Shown: positions 1-10,271, counted from the stretch's first letter. The stretch: 58,750 nt of DNA from Planctomycetota bacterium (GCA_036338595.1 JAYZBV010000057.1:1-58750); one strand, 5' to 3'. Notes: a model not told the origin generated them from the sequence alone. Translations and numbers: made by a program.

Positions 1-441
1 GGCATAGGGCCACGCGAAAGCGCCACTGAAGGTGACCATCGAGGTGAGTCCGAGATGCTGACTTGCCTTGAGGCAGTTTTTGACCTGTTCGATGGCCCAC
101 TCGGTGCGTGCGGTCGGATTGCCTTTTACCTCGTCGGCAGCGAAACCATCGAACACGACATCGTATGCGGGGTGGACCGCGACCAGTTGGCCCTGGAGGT
201 GGGTCGAGAGTTCCGTGACGGCGATGCCCTTCTGCTCCAGCTGACCCTTCCAGTCCTGGCAGTATTGAGCAGAGGAAGCGGCTTTATCGAGATCGATACA
301 ACGAGAATCCCAGGTCGGGATCTGGACACCGATGTATCCCAGGTCCCGGCACCAGTCAGTGATGGTGTCGAGGTTGTTGAAGGGAGCCTCATCTCCCATG
401 TATTGCGCCAAAAATAGCGCGGGTCCCTGGATGGACGCCAC
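1..441 (-). CDS. Sugar phosphate isomerase/epimerase (xylose-isomerase-like TIM barrel); C-terminal part runs off the window edge
   Basis: Not in the ORF track. Manual translation from GTG at 441 (GGAGG RBS upstream) gives MASIQGPALFLAQYMGDEAPFNNLDTITDWCRDLGYIGVQIPTWD...ELSTHLQGQLVAVHPAYD...TFSGAFAWPY, open to position 1. Confidence 0.85.
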   Translation of the reverse strand, partial: MASIQGPALFLAQYMGDEAPFNNLDTITDWCRDLGYIGVQIPTWDSRCIDLDKAASSAQYCQDWKGQLEQKGIAVTELSTHLQGQLVAVHPAYDVVFDGFAADEVKGNPTARTEWAIEQVKNCLKASQHLGLTSMVTFSGAFAWPYA

Positions 442-645
442 GGGTCACCTCCTCCGGAAAGAACTGTTTCGGGCCAGGGGGGCTTCCCCTGTAAGGGATC
501 AGATTCGTCGGGAGAGCGGGGAGTGTCAAGTATGAGTGATGCTGTGACTTGCCGAGTCGCCTGTCTGCGGTGATCTTTCTGATGTGCCGAAGGAACTCCC
601 GAGGGCCGGGAAGCGGCGAGGGAGACCAATCGAGGAGGTCACAGG

Positions 646-1413
646 GTGCGTGTATTGCTCTTCATTCCCTGTCTGGCGGATCAATTTGCTCCCGCTGCTG
701 CGGAGGCGACCGCGCTGCTTCTCGAGCATCTCGGATGCGATGTGGTGTATCCCGAGGATCAGACCTGTTGTGGTCAGGCGCATCGCAATTCAGGGGATGA
801 AGCCGCGGCAAGATCGCTCGTCACACGGATGGCGAAGGTCTTTACGGGGGATGAGCCGATCGTGACTCCATCCGGCTCCTGTGCTGCGATGATTCAGCGC
901 CACGCGCTCGGACTCTTTTCCCCATCCGATCCACCTCCCGATTCGGTGCGGTCCCTCGTGCAACGAACCCGAGAACTGGTGCAGTTCATCGAGCAAGACC
1001 TGGGCCTCGCACCCGACGAGATTGTCGAGTCACCAGGTGAAGCGGCTGCAACGGTGGCATGGCATCCATCCTGCCACCTACGAGATCTGGGTCGTTTCGA
1101 TGCCTCCGGTCGCTTCCTCGAATCGATTCCAGGTCTGGAAGTGAAGAGGTTGCGACAGGAGGAGCAGTGCTGTGGCTTTGGCGGCACCTTCGCCAGCAAG
1201 TTCGGATCGATCTCTGCGGCGCTGGCAGAGGATCGCTGTTCAGCCCTGGAAGAGACTTCCGCTCCAGTATTGATCTGTAACGACACGGGGTGCTCGATGA
1301 ACATCGAAGGCAGGTTGTCGCGGCGCGGTACGCAGGTCGAGGTGCAACACATCGCCCAGTGGTTCTGTCATGCACTCGGACTGATGACGGATCAACCCGA
1401 GGCCACATCGTGA
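646..1413 (+). CDS. lutA: L-lactate utilization protein A (CCG-domain Fe-S oxidoreductase)
   Basis: Two CCG domains (QTCCGQ, EQCCGFGGTF), PSGSC and WHPSCH motifs; first gene of a lutABC-like operon. Confidence 0.9.
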   Translation: MRVLLFIPCLADQFAPAAAEATALLLEHLGCDVVYPEDQTCCGQAHRNSGDEAAARSLVTRMAKVFTGDEPIVTPSGSCAAMIQRHALGLFSPSDPPPDSVRSLVQRTRELVQFIEQDLGLAPDEIVESPGEAAATVAWHPSCHLRDLGRFDASGRFLESIPGLEVKRLRQEEQCCGFGGTFASKFGSISAALAEDRCSALEETSAPVLICNDTGCSMNIEGRLSRRGTQVEVQHIAQWFCHALGLMTDQPEATS

Positions 1414-2879
1414 AGCCAACTTCCACGCCCAGAAGCGTCGATGGCGAGCCGACCCTGTTTCCAACCGGAGTTCATGACATCCGGACCAGGGCTGATCTGT
1501 TTCTACAGGACCACGATCTCCAGGGTGCGGTGCGAGAGGCCACAACGCTCAAGGATCAGGCGCGCAGGGATGCGCTGGGCGAGGCGTTTGGCAACGATGT
1601 CGACAAACTCCGATCGATCGCGTCAGAGATCAAGCGCCACACCATCGACCACCTGGATCACTATCTTGATCAATGGATCAGCAACGCCCAGGCGGCAGGT
1701 ACGCAAGTCCATCTCGCCATCGATGCAGAGGAAGCAAACCGGATCGTGGTCGAGATCGCTCGTGAGAAAAATGCGAAATTATGCGTCAAATCGAAAAGTA
1801 TGGTGACTGAAGAGACGCATCTTGTCCCCCAGTTGCAGGCAGCAGGAGTCGAAACGGTCGAAACGGATCTCGGAGAGTTCATCATCCAGATCGATGACGA
1901 TGCTCCCAGTCATATCGTGATGCCGATGATTCACAAGGATCGTAAATCCGTGGCGCGCGCATTCGAGCGGGAACTCGGAGCCATATACACCGAGGAGCCG
2001 GAAGAATTGACCCGCATCGCCAGGGAGCACCTGCGAGAGAAGTACCGCCAGGCTGATCTTGGAATCTCTGGCGGTAACTTTCTCGTCTCCGAGAGTGGTT
2101 CGGTGGTGATCTGCACCAACGAGGGAAATGGACGATTCTGTACATCCGCACCCAGCACGCACATCGCAGTGGTGGGAATCGAGAAGGTCGTCCCCGGATT
2201 TGACGACCTGTCCTTGCTGCTGCACTTGCTGGCGCGCTCGGCGACAGGTCAGCCTCTGACCTGCTATACGCAGATCCTGACGGGGCCTCGACGCGACGGA
2301 GAACTCGATGGTCCGACCGAGATGCATGTTGTTCTCGTGGATGCTGGGCGAACGAGGATCCTCGCAGATCCGGAATTCAGGGAATCCCTCAGTTGCATTC
2401 GCTGTGGCGCTTGCCTCAATGCCTGTCCTGTGTACCGCAAGGCGACCGGACACGCCTATGGCTCGGTTTACAGTGGACCCATCGGTGCTGTGATCACTCC
2501 CTTGCTCCAGGGGCTCGATAAAAATCCGACCCTTCCAGAGGCATCGAGCCTCTGTGGCGCTTGTCACGAGGCCTGTCCCGTCGACATCGATCTTCCGCGA
2601 ATGCTCGTCGCACTGCGTGCAAGAACTCGTAAGAGACGCGGGACCCTTGGCGAGCGATTGGGGCTGACTCTTTTGCGCTGGGCCTTTTCTTCTGCTTTTC
2701 TGTATCGCCTCTCCTCATGTCTCCAGGCATTTTTCATGCGCTGTATCTCTGGAAAATCGGATCGACTGAGGTCAGCCCCGGGACCCTTCTCAGGCTGGAC
2801 AAAGGAGCGGGATCTCCTGATTCCAGATCGGCGCAGTTTCCGGCAGCGTTGGCGAGAGAGGGGAGGGACCACCCGATGA
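1410..2879 (+). CDS. lutB: L-lactate utilization protein B (LutB/LldF Fe-S protein)
   Basis: KSKSM..EE, ETDLGEFI.Q, TNEGNG, CIRCGACLNACP and SSLCGACHEACP motifs; GTG start overlaps the lutA stop (GTGA). Confidence 0.92.
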   Translation: MKPTSTPRSVDGEPTLFPTGVHDIRTRADLFLQDHDLQGAVREATTLKDQARRDALGEAFGNDVDKLRSIASEIKRHTIDHLDHYLDQWISNAQAAGTQVHLAIDAEEANRIVVEIAREKNAKLCVKSKSMVTEETHLVPQLQAAGVETVETDLGEFIIQIDDDAPSHIVMPMIHKDRKSVARAFERELGAIYTEEPEELTRIAREHLREKYRQADLGISGGNFLVSESGSVVICTNEGNGRFCTSAPSTHIAVVGIEKVVPGFDDLSLLLHLLARSATGQPLTCYTQILTGPRRDGELDGPTEMHVVLVDAGRTRILADPEFRESLSCIRCGACLNACPVYRKATGHAYGSVYSGPIGAVITPLLQGLDKNPTLPEASSLCGACHEACPVDIDLPRMLVALRARTRKRRGTLGERLGLTLLRWAFSSAFLYRLSSCLQAFFMRCISGKSDRLRSAPGPFSGWTKERDLLIPDRRSFRQRWRERGGTTR

Positions 2880-3574
2880 AAGGCACAGCACGGGGTGTAT
2901 TTTTCGAGCGAATCAGAGATGCATTGAATCGATCTCAGCAGAATGTCCGCGAACCTCTTGTCGTGGACCACGACCTCATTCGCCGTGGAAAGAACGCTGT
3001 CCCAGAGGATCCGGCTGCTCGATCATCTCTGTTCAAGGAAAGAGCCATCGCTGTTGGAATGGAAGTGAGTCGCTGCGATAAAAACACACTCAACCAGTCG
3101 ATACTGAAACGTTTGAGTCGAGCGGGCATATCATCGGTGTTGCTTCCCGATGATCCGCTGCTGGACAACGATTCGGCACGGTTGATCCAAGATGCAGGGA
3201 TCGCCATTCACGACAATGGTATCGACATCGACCAGCTCTATACGGATGTCGAATGTGGAGTCACGGTGGCGACCGTTGCTGTCGCCAGTACAGGGAGCGT
3301 GGTGGTCGCATCATCGGATCGAGAACGGCGTCTTGCATCGCTGGTGCCTCCCAATCACCTGGTGTTGCTTCCGGAATCGAGGATCGTGCCGGATCTGATT
3401 GATCTGAGCCGATCCGGCGGCGGGCCAACGGCTCCACTCGGTGGTACCGAGGCACTGCCGTCTTGCCTGACAGTCGTGACCGGACCCTCGAAAACTGCCG
3501 ATATCGAGGGCGTTCTCATCACCGGAGTTCATGGGCCTGGAAGAGTCGATATCTTGCTGCTGGAGGGGTGCTAG
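2876..3574 (+). CDS. lutC: L-lactate utilization protein C (LUD domain)
   Basis: RLASLVPP.H and GPSKTADIEG.L..GVHGP signature; ATGA overlap with lutB. Confidence 0.9.
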   Translation: MKGTARGVFFERIRDALNRSQQNVREPLVVDHDLIRRGKNAVPEDPAARSSLFKERAIAVGMEVSRCDKNTLNQSILKRLSRAGISSVLLPDDPLLDNDSARLIQDAGIAIHDNGIDIDQLYTDVECGVTVATVAVASTGSVVVASSDRERRLASLVPPNHLVLLPESRIVPDLIDLSRSGGGPTAPLGGTEALPSCLTVVTGPSKTADIEGVLITGVHGPGRVDILLLEGC

Positions 3575-3761
3575 CCACTTTATTGGAAATTCCTCCAGTT
3601 CTCTCGGGATCCAGGATCTGAAGTGGATCCAGAGGCGTTCTGCTGCTGTGGACCAGTTCGTCCGAGGGGGCAGAGTGCCGATCCAACTCGGGATTGCACA
3701 CCCTTCCGACATGTTGTCAACGGCTTCAGATCTCTCTGGGGCATTGAAAGGGAATGCGCAG

Positions 3762-4373
3762 ATGTCTGATGTTGAAAAAACGGCCCTGGTGCTGATTGGG
3801 TTTCAGAATGACTACATGGATCCCGAGGGCATCCTCCAGGAAGCGATCGAGGACAGCGAGGGTCGCAGCAAGATGCTCCAGAATGTGTTGAATATCCTCG
3901 ATGTAGTCGAAGATGAACCAGTAGTGGTCATTCACACTCCGATCATCTTCACAGAGGATTACGAAGAACTCGTCGAGCCGACCGGCATCTTGAAATTGAT
4001 CAAGGACACCGGAGCATTCAAGGCTGGTTGTTCGGGATCCGAGACGATCCAGGAGTTCGACAAGTACGGAAACAATATTGTTGTGGTTCCCGGTAAGCGT
4101 GGGCTCAACGCATTTTCCAATACCAATTTGCAGGACATTCTCCAGAAAGAAGGAGTGACCCGTGTTGTTCTGGCAGGAGTGGTCACATCCATCTGCATCG
4201 ATTCTGCGGGACGTGCAGCTCATGATTACGGCTACAAGGTGACGGTACTCTCAGATGCCACCTGTGGAAGAAATGTCTTCGAACAGAAGTTTTACTGCGA
4301 GAACATCTTCCCGTTGTATGCAGATGTGTGCGAAACCCAGCAGTTCCTGGAGTCAGTCGGGGTATCCGTGTGA
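3762..4373 (+). CDS. Isochorismatase/cysteine hydrolase family protein (atypical: Gly at the usual catalytic Asp)
   Basis: TALVLIGFQNDY, K..LNAFSNTNL, AGVVTSICIDS..R.A.D.GY.V.VLSDAT. Confidence 0.85.
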   Translation: MSDVEKTALVLIGFQNDYMDPEGILQEAIEDSEGRSKMLQNVLNILDVVEDEPVVVIHTPIIFTEDYEELVEPTGILKLIKDTGAFKAGCSGSETIQEFDKYGNNIVVVPGKRGLNAFSNTNLQDILQKEGVTRVVLAGVVTSICIDSAGRAAHDYGYKVTVLSDATCGRNVFEQKFYCENIFPLYADVCETQQFLESVGVSV

Positions 4374-5920
4374 GTGCTGCCGGTTCCCCTCAAGATGTAG
4401 AAATTCACATCCAGGCTCATAACAAGCTGGTGGAGAAACTTGTTGCCTCTGTCAACAGGTACAGGGATCTCGTGGATTCGATGCCCAACATCCTCTTCGT
4501 CTGCGATGAGTCCGGGGAACTATCATTCGTCAACAGGGCCTGGCAACAGATTCTCGGCGGCGACGAAGCGGAAGCTCTGGTCGGAAGGAATCTAGAAGAG
4601 TTCATCCATGTCGAAGACATGGAACAGGTCCTGCCGATCGGAGAGATATCGACACCCCGTGAAATCCGAGTTCTGGACTCTGGTGGAAACTATCGCTGGA
4701 TGAAGATTCAGGCCAGAAAGCGCAATGAGAAGCATTTCCAGGGCCTTCTCGTCGATGTCTCTGAAGCCCGGAAACTGGAAGAGATGCTTCGAAACTCGCA
4801 CCGGATGGAGGCGATCGGACGCCTTTCCGGGTGGATGGCGCACGAGTTCAACAATCTCCTGACGGTCATTCTCGGAGGTGCGGACCGGCTCATGAGGGCC
4901 GAGAAGCAAGAGAGCCGTGATTGGCAGCGAGAAGCGAGCAGAATCCACAAGGCTGCGACTCAGGGAGCGATACTGACATCGCAGTTGTTGACCTTCAGCA
5001 GTCAGCAGATGATGAGTTATTCGGTGGTGAATCTGGCAGACGGGATCAGGAGTTCGATTTCGCTGCTCGAAGGCCTGGTGGCATCGAAACGCATTAGCAT
5101 TCATATGCTCGGGTTTGATGACCAGGATCTTGTGGTTCGAGTGGATTCGAACCAGTTGGTTCAGGTTGTCATGAATCTAGTTCTCAACTCACGCGATGCC
5201 TTGCACTATCAGGGGAATCTCTGGTTTGAACTCAGTTCTAGATTTGTAGACGGTGAAGATGGAGAAGCCCTTGAACTGGAGGCCGGAGAATATGCTGTGT
5301 TCGCTGTCGAGGACGACGGATGCGGCATCGATGAATCGATCCAGGATCAGATTTTTGAGCCTTTTTTCACGACCAAGGAACCGGGTCGTGGAACTGGATT
5401 TGGCCTCGCAGGAGTGCACGGGATTGTCAAGCAAAGCAATGGGGCAATTACCGTTCAAAGTACGCTGGGAGTGGGCAGTCGTTTCGAAGTATACTTGCCA
5501 CTGGTTTCCAGAGCGGTAGGAGCAAAGAACTTGGAATCGCAGAGCAACGCAGCGGGACAAGCTAGCAGGATCCTGTTCGTGGAAGATGAGGAATCTATTC
5601 TCGAGATGTCTTCGGAGGCGCTGCGCGAGTCGGGATTCATTGTGGATACGGCCTGTTCAGGGCAAGACGCTATCCAGATGATCGAGACCGAAGGTGTCCA
5701 CTATGACCTCGTTGTGACGGATGTGATCATGCCCCAGGAGGGGGGCAAGATGCTCCTTCATTATCTATCTGCGATTGACAATAGCCCCGAGATCATCGCG
5801 GTGTCAGGATTTGATCGTGCCATCCTGGACGATACTGCCCCTGATGTACCTTTCCTGCAGAAGCCTTATCGAATTCATGATCTGATCCAGAAGGTCGAGG
5901 AGATCCTCTCCGTCCGCTGA
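4370..5920 (+). CDS. Cytoplasmic hybrid sensor histidine kinase (PAS-HisKA-HATPase-receiver)
   Basis: PAS region; H-box AHEFNNLL; N-box QVVMNLVLNSRDA; DDGCGI, FEPFFTTK, GTGFGL; receiver ILFVEDE..TDVIMP..KPY; GTGA overlap with upstream gene. Confidence 0.92.
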   Translation: MSAAGSPQDVEIHIQAHNKLVEKLVASVNRYRDLVDSMPNILFVCDESGELSFVNRAWQQILGGDEAEALVGRNLEEFIHVEDMEQVLPIGEISTPREIRVLDSGGNYRWMKIQARKRNEKHFQGLLVDVSEARKLEEMLRNSHRMEAIGRLSGWMAHEFNNLLTVILGGADRLMRAEKQESRDWQREASRIHKAATQGAILTSQLLTFSSQQMMSYSVVNLADGIRSSISLLEGLVASKRISIHMLGFDDQDLVVRVDSNQLVQVVMNLVLNSRDALHYQGNLWFELSSRFVDGEDGEALELEAGEYAVFAVEDDGCGIDESIQDQIFEPFFTTKEPGRGTGFGLAGVHGIVKQSNGAITVQSTLGVGSRFEVYLPLVSRAVGAKNLESQSNAAGQASRILFVEDEESILEMSSEALRESGFIVDTACSGQDAIQMIETEGVHYDLVVTDVIMPQEGGKMLLHYLSAIDNSPEIIAVSGFDRAILDDTAPDVPFLQKPYRIHDLIQKVEEILSVR

Positions 5921-6073
5921 TTTCTTACCGACTGCAATTCCGTTTATCCAGAGTACCGTTGCACCATCACAACTCCTTTGCCACACTTCGGTCCCGAAGA
6001 ACTCGGTGGTTTCAATGGCCATACTGCATCATCCTGGATCATCTCATCCCAGCAACTGTGAGGAGCAGAGCCG

Positions 6074-8149
6074 ATGTCGTCGAAGTATCTCACCACGCCC
6101 CCCCTGACGACCGCGGTCCCGAAGGGGATCCCTTACATCATCGGTAACGAAGCGGCGGAACGGTTCAGTTTTTACGGCATGAAGGGGATCCTGGTCGTCT
6201 TCATGACGCAGTTCCTCTTCTTGATGCCTGGGGCTGTTGGCGGCGATCCGATGGCCAGAGCCACGGCGGTCGAGAATTACCACCTGTTCACCACTGCGGT
6301 CTATTTCACTCCCATCTTCGGGGCGTTGATCGCAGACATCTTCCTCGGCAAGTATCTGACCATCATGTCGCTGAGCATGGTCTACTGCGCAGGCCATGGA
6401 GTGCTCGCCCTGATGGGCGTCAACGCTTCCCTCGATCCCTTCCAGACGCTGTGGATCGGGCTGATCCTGATCTCCCTCGGCTCCGGGGGAATCAAGCCGT
6501 GTGTTTCAGCCCATGTCGGCGATCAGTTCGGCATCAAGAACTCTTACCTGCTGACCAAGGCTTTTGGCTGGTTCTATTTCTCCATCAATACAGGTGCCTT
6601 CCTGTCGACCTTGCTCACCCCCTGGCTGCTGGAGTGGTACGGCCCACACCTCGCCTTCGGGATTCCCGGCATCCTGATGGCGATTGCCACCGTCGCCTTC
6701 TGGATGGGCCGAAATGTCTTTGTCCACATTCCTGCGGGGGGAGAAGCCTGGTTCCGGGAGACCTTCAGCGCTGTCGGCATCAAGTCGCTGCTCAAGGTCA
6801 GCGTCATTTTCATCTTCATTGCCGTCTTCTGGGCGCTCTTCGATCAGACCGGTTCTTCCTGGGTACTGCAGGCGCAGGATATGGATCGCAACTGGCTAGG
6901 GGTGACGTGGCTGGCATCGCAGATCCAGGCGGTCAACCCGGTGATGATCCTGATCTTGATCCCTACCTTTCAGTTCCTGGTCTACCCCGCCATCGACCGG
7001 GTGTGGAAGTTGACTCCGGTAAGGAAAATTTCTCTCGGGTTGTTCGTGATGGTCGGTGGCTTCGCCATGGTGGCGATGGCCCAGGGGCTCATCGATGCAG
7101 GGGAACGCCCCTCCATCGGCTGGCAGATTCTCGCCTATGCGATCCTCACCGCTGCCGAGGTGATGGTCTCCATCACCGGGCTGGAGTTTGCTTACACCCA
7201 GGCACCGAAGACGATGAAGTCGGTGATCATGGCGCTCTTCTTGATGAGCGTTTCTCTGGGCAACCTCTTCACTGCCGTGGTCAATCACAACATTGTCGTG
7301 CCCGATACCATCGTCGGGGCGATCGAAGTGGCTAATGGATTCGATGAAGATCAATCGACAACAGAGAGAATGAAACTCGCCACGGACTCCAAGATGACCT
7401 ACTCCCAGAGAGAAGGTGGAGGTTTCGTATTGCTCATGCAGGGAGTGTCCGCCGAGAATACAACCGATGACATCCAGGTTCTCTTCGATAGCAGTGGCAA
7501 CAAGCAGGGCCTGGTGCTGGCAGAGACGCCGGTCCTCGAGGAAGCCCTGGGCCTCATCGATAATTACTGGAATGAGCAGGATCGGTTGCCACTGACAACG
7601 GATGGCGTTGCCATCGTCGGTACGTTGAAGGACCCCTGGGGGGGGGCAATACGCTACCAGTTGATCAACCAGCAGAACTTCACCCTCTCCAGCGATGGCC
7701 CTGATCGGATGCAGAACACGCCATTCGATGCGTGGTTCGGGGTCGAGGTCACCAGCCTGTCGGTGGCATCGCAGGAGGAAGTGGCCAGTCGCCAGAGTAA
7801 CGCGGACGCCGATGCCACCCCCAGGTACACCTGGATCGAGCGGCGTAAGGCCCAGATCGAGCTGGAAAAGGCGAGTGGCACGGAGGGATCAGCTGAACTA
7901 TCGATCGATGACTATCTGCCCATTCGCACACCGATCGTGGCTGCCAATATTGCACCCCAGCCCTTCAAGGGGCAGGTGCTCGCCCACGTCGGGGGAGCGA
8001 CCACTCTCCAGGGTGCACCTTACTTCTGGTTCTTCACCCGGTTGATGCTCGGCACCGCCTTCGCCTTCATGGTGGTGGCGTACCTCTACAAGCCCAAGGA
8101 CTACATCCAGGGCGAGGATGCACAGCCCGAGGAACAGGCCGAGGAATGA
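6074..8149 (+). CDS. POT/PTR2 family proton-dependent oligopeptide transporter with a large soluble insertion
   Basis: EAAERFSFYG (ExxERF), GSGGIKPCVSAHVGDQF, FWALFDQ.GS.W, LEFAYTQAP..MKS; ~240 aa hydrophilic insert before the last TM helix. Confidence 0.9.
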   Translation: MSSKYLTTPPLTTAVPKGIPYIIGNEAAERFSFYGMKGILVVFMTQFLFLMPGAVGGDPMARATAVENYHLFTTAVYFTPIFGALIADIFLGKYLTIMSLSMVYCAGHGVLALMGVNASLDPFQTLWIGLILISLGSGGIKPCVSAHVGDQFGIKNSYLLTKAFGWFYFSINTGAFLSTLLTPWLLEWYGPHLAFGIPGILMAIATVAFWMGRNVFVHIPAGGEAWFRETFSAVGIKSLLKVSVIFIFIAVFWALFDQTGSSWVLQAQDMDRNWLGVTWLASQIQAVNPVMILILIPTFQFLVYPAIDRVWKLTPVRKISLGLFVMVGGFAMVAMAQGLIDAGERPSIGWQILAYAILTAAEVMVSITGLEFAYTQAPKTMKSVIMALFLMSVSLGNLFTAVVNHNIVVPDTIVGAIEVANGFDEDQSTTERMKLATDSKMTYSQREGGGFVLLMQGVSAENTTDDIQVLFDSSGNKQGLVLAETPVLEEALGLIDNYWNEQDRLPLTTDGVAIVGTLKDPWGGAIRYQLINQQNFTLSSDGPDRMQNTPFDAWFGVEVTSLSVASQEEVASRQSNADADATPRYTWIERRKAQIELEKASGTEGSAELSIDDYLPIRTPIVAANIAPQPFKGQVLAHVGGATTLQGAPYFWFFTRLMLGTAFAFMVVAYLYKPKDYIQGEDAQPEEQAEE

Positions 8150-9003
8150 TCGCGGGGCCAAGGCAACCGCTCCGCTTCGTGGCATGTGGAGTCATTTTCT
8201 TGACGCTGCTCGGGGGGGCAACACCGAGCCTTCTAACAGACCTACGCATCGAAGTTGCCGAAGAGGGGTGGGGGGACGCCTCCGTTGCAGATGTCGAGGC
8301 GGTTCTACGGTCCGCTGCCCATCAGTTGTCGAGTGCGGCGGGATCACCTCAACTTCCCGTTCTCCGGGTCGAAGCTTCGGGAGGGCCGATCGTTCTTCAT
8401 CGTAGAGATCCCGATGGGGCCATCCGGGTTCGCCTTGCAGTTCAGGGCAGGCGCTGGGCCCAGATGTCCTACCAGTTCGGTCACGAGATGGGACACATCC
8501 TGTGCGCTTTCGATGAGGATCCCGATCCCCACCACTGGCTGGAGGAGGCGGCGTGTGAGGCGGCCAGTCTCTTCACTCTCAGGAAAATGGCAAGGAAATG
8601 GAAACGTGACCCACCCTATGCCAACTGGAGCTCCTATTCTGAACATCTCGAAGAGTACGCCCAGAAGTTGATCGATAAGGGGGCACTACCCGAGGGAGCG
8701 ACCATCGAGAGTTACTACAGGCAGCATCGAGTGGCTGTTGAGTCCTCGCCGGTAAAGCGCGACAAGTTACTTGTCATTGCCGTGGGCTGGTTGCATCTGA
8801 TGGAGCAGGATCCTGGAGTCTGGCGCGCGCTGCGGCACCTCAATCAAGGTGTTCCTGAGTCGGGTGAACTCATCGACGCAGCCCTTCGCCGCTGGAAAAC
8901 GAACTGTCCCGATGAACTACGAGAGCAGGTCGATCGGGTGGCGGAGATGCTGGGAGTTGCCATCGATGATATCGGTGGTGAAGTCGAAGATGTAGATGAC
9001 TAG
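8146..9003 (+). CDS. Exported putative zinc metallopeptidase (HExxH)
   Basis: Hydrophobic N-terminus; FGHEMGH followed by WLEEAACE (candidate third Zn ligand); ATGA-coupled to the POT gene. Confidence 0.55.
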   Translation: MIAGPRQPLRFVACGVIFLTLLGGATPSLLTDLRIEVAEEGWGDASVADVEAVLRSAAHQLSSAAGSPQLPVLRVEASGGPIVLHRRDPDGAIRVRLAVQGRRWAQMSYQFGHEMGHILCAFDEDPDPHHWLEEAACEAASLFTLRKMARKWKRDPPYANWSSYSEHLEEYAQKLIDKGALPEGATIESYYRQHRVAVESSPVKRDKLLVIAVGWLHLMEQDPGVWRALRHLNQGVPESGELIDAALRRWKTNCPDELREQVDRVAEMLGVAIDDIGGEVEDVDD

Positions 9004-10082
9004 GTGCGAGACTTTTCTCGAGTCAAGCCGACAGAGTCCAGAAGCCCATCGGGAACATTGACATCACCAACAAGGAACAGGTGTTCAGTGTTCTTGAGGT
9101 GTGAGACATGACCGACTTTCTTTCCCTTCGGATCATGAATTCCGATCTTCGCTCCGACATAACGAGGGTGAGGGCGAGATAGAGTCTGAACCGGTCCTCT
9201 TCTTGACAGGATCTCCTCCAACTCACTGCGATCGAGGTAGCCCTCGTCATTGAAGGAAACCAGCAGGTACCGGACGTCGAGTTGCTCAACCATCTGCTCC
9301 ATCGCTTTACGAATCCCCGGGCGTGAGTTGAAGTCGCTTTTTCGCTCTCGACACTCGACTCTCTTGCAGGCGACTCCATACACCTCTGGTTGGTCCCACA
9401 GCACCAGCGTCTCCCAGATGTGGTAGTTTCCGAGGTACTTGTGCTGGTTGTAGGGGGGGTCGAGGTATGCCACATCAGCCTGGAGTCTGGTCGCGGCCTC
9501 TCTCGCCTCGAAGCGGTGCGCCTCGGCCTTCCCGTGCCTGCTTCTCGGCAGCGGTTCAGGGTCTCGCAGGCCGAGGGGCTGGAGTGCTCTGGGGGCCCAC
9601 TTCTTGAGGTATGCCATCTGGACTCCGACCGTCGAATCGACGCGGTCTGCCGCTTCCATCAGAGAGGTGAGGGCCACGCACCGGAGTTCGTCGTCGAGGT
9701 CCATCTGGTCAATCTGCTCCCGGATGCCTTCGATTCTTGCGCCGTTTTCAGGAGTGAAGTAGCGACTGTTCAGGCAGTAGTTTTCGGTGAACCAGCCAGC
9801 AGATGGGGGTACCGATCGAAGGTGGCCGAGCAGGCGCCTGGCTTCCGGGAGGCGGTCCTCATCGAAGACGACATGAGAAACAGCGAGTGTTCTGGCGTAG
9901 TGATTCCAATCGTTGCAAAGAACCTTCCAGCCTTCAGATTTGAGAGCAATCCCCACGCGAGATGTTCCGCTGAACAGATCGATGACACTATTGCTATCAG
10001 GAATGGCTGAGATGAGTGCAGAAATTGCCGGAACCAGCACGCGCTTCGACCCGAGGTACTTGATCAATAGAGGACTTCCCAT
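9000..10082 (-). CDS. DNA adenine methyltransferase (Dam/D12-like class)
   Basis: IKYLGSKR, DLFSGT (SAM binding), YLDPPY (catalytic); start could be as far up as 10139. Confidence 0.88.
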   Translation of the reverse strand: MGSPLLIKYLGSKRVLVPAISALISAIPDSNSVIDLFSGTSRVGIALKSEGWKVLCNDWNHYARTLAVSHVVFDEDRLPEARRLLGHLRSVPPSAGWFTENYCLNSRYFTPENGARIEGIREQIDQMDLDDELRCVALTSLMEAADRVDSTVGVQMAYLKKWAPRALQPLGLRDPEPLPRSRHGKAEAHRFEAREAATRLQADVAYLDPPYNQHKYLGNYHIWETLVLWDQPEVYGVACKRVECRERKSDFNSRPGIRKAMEQMVEQLDVRYLLVSFNDEGYLDRSELEEILSRRGPVQTLSRPHPRYVGAKIGIHDPKGKKVGHVSHLKNTEHLFLVGDVNVPDGLLDSVGLTREKSRT

Positions 10083-10271
10083 TCGTGACGAAGAGGCCAG
10101 TCTCGGCCTGGAAGTGACATTTGTGGGCAGATCATCCACCTGTCTCGGGTATAGTAAAGAATGCTGCCCGGTTTTCAGGTTCTTTCCTGATGATTGTTCA
10201 TGGTAGTTGCGTATGACCGAGGAGGAGCCTTGAAAGAGGAAACAGGCGCCAGTACAGAGCCTTTTCCAGGG

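Noticed and set aside
55..629. Track ORFs 55-417 (+) and 126-629 (-)
   Set aside because: Alternative frames over the real minus-strand isomerase gene (1-441), which has an RBS and family motifs.
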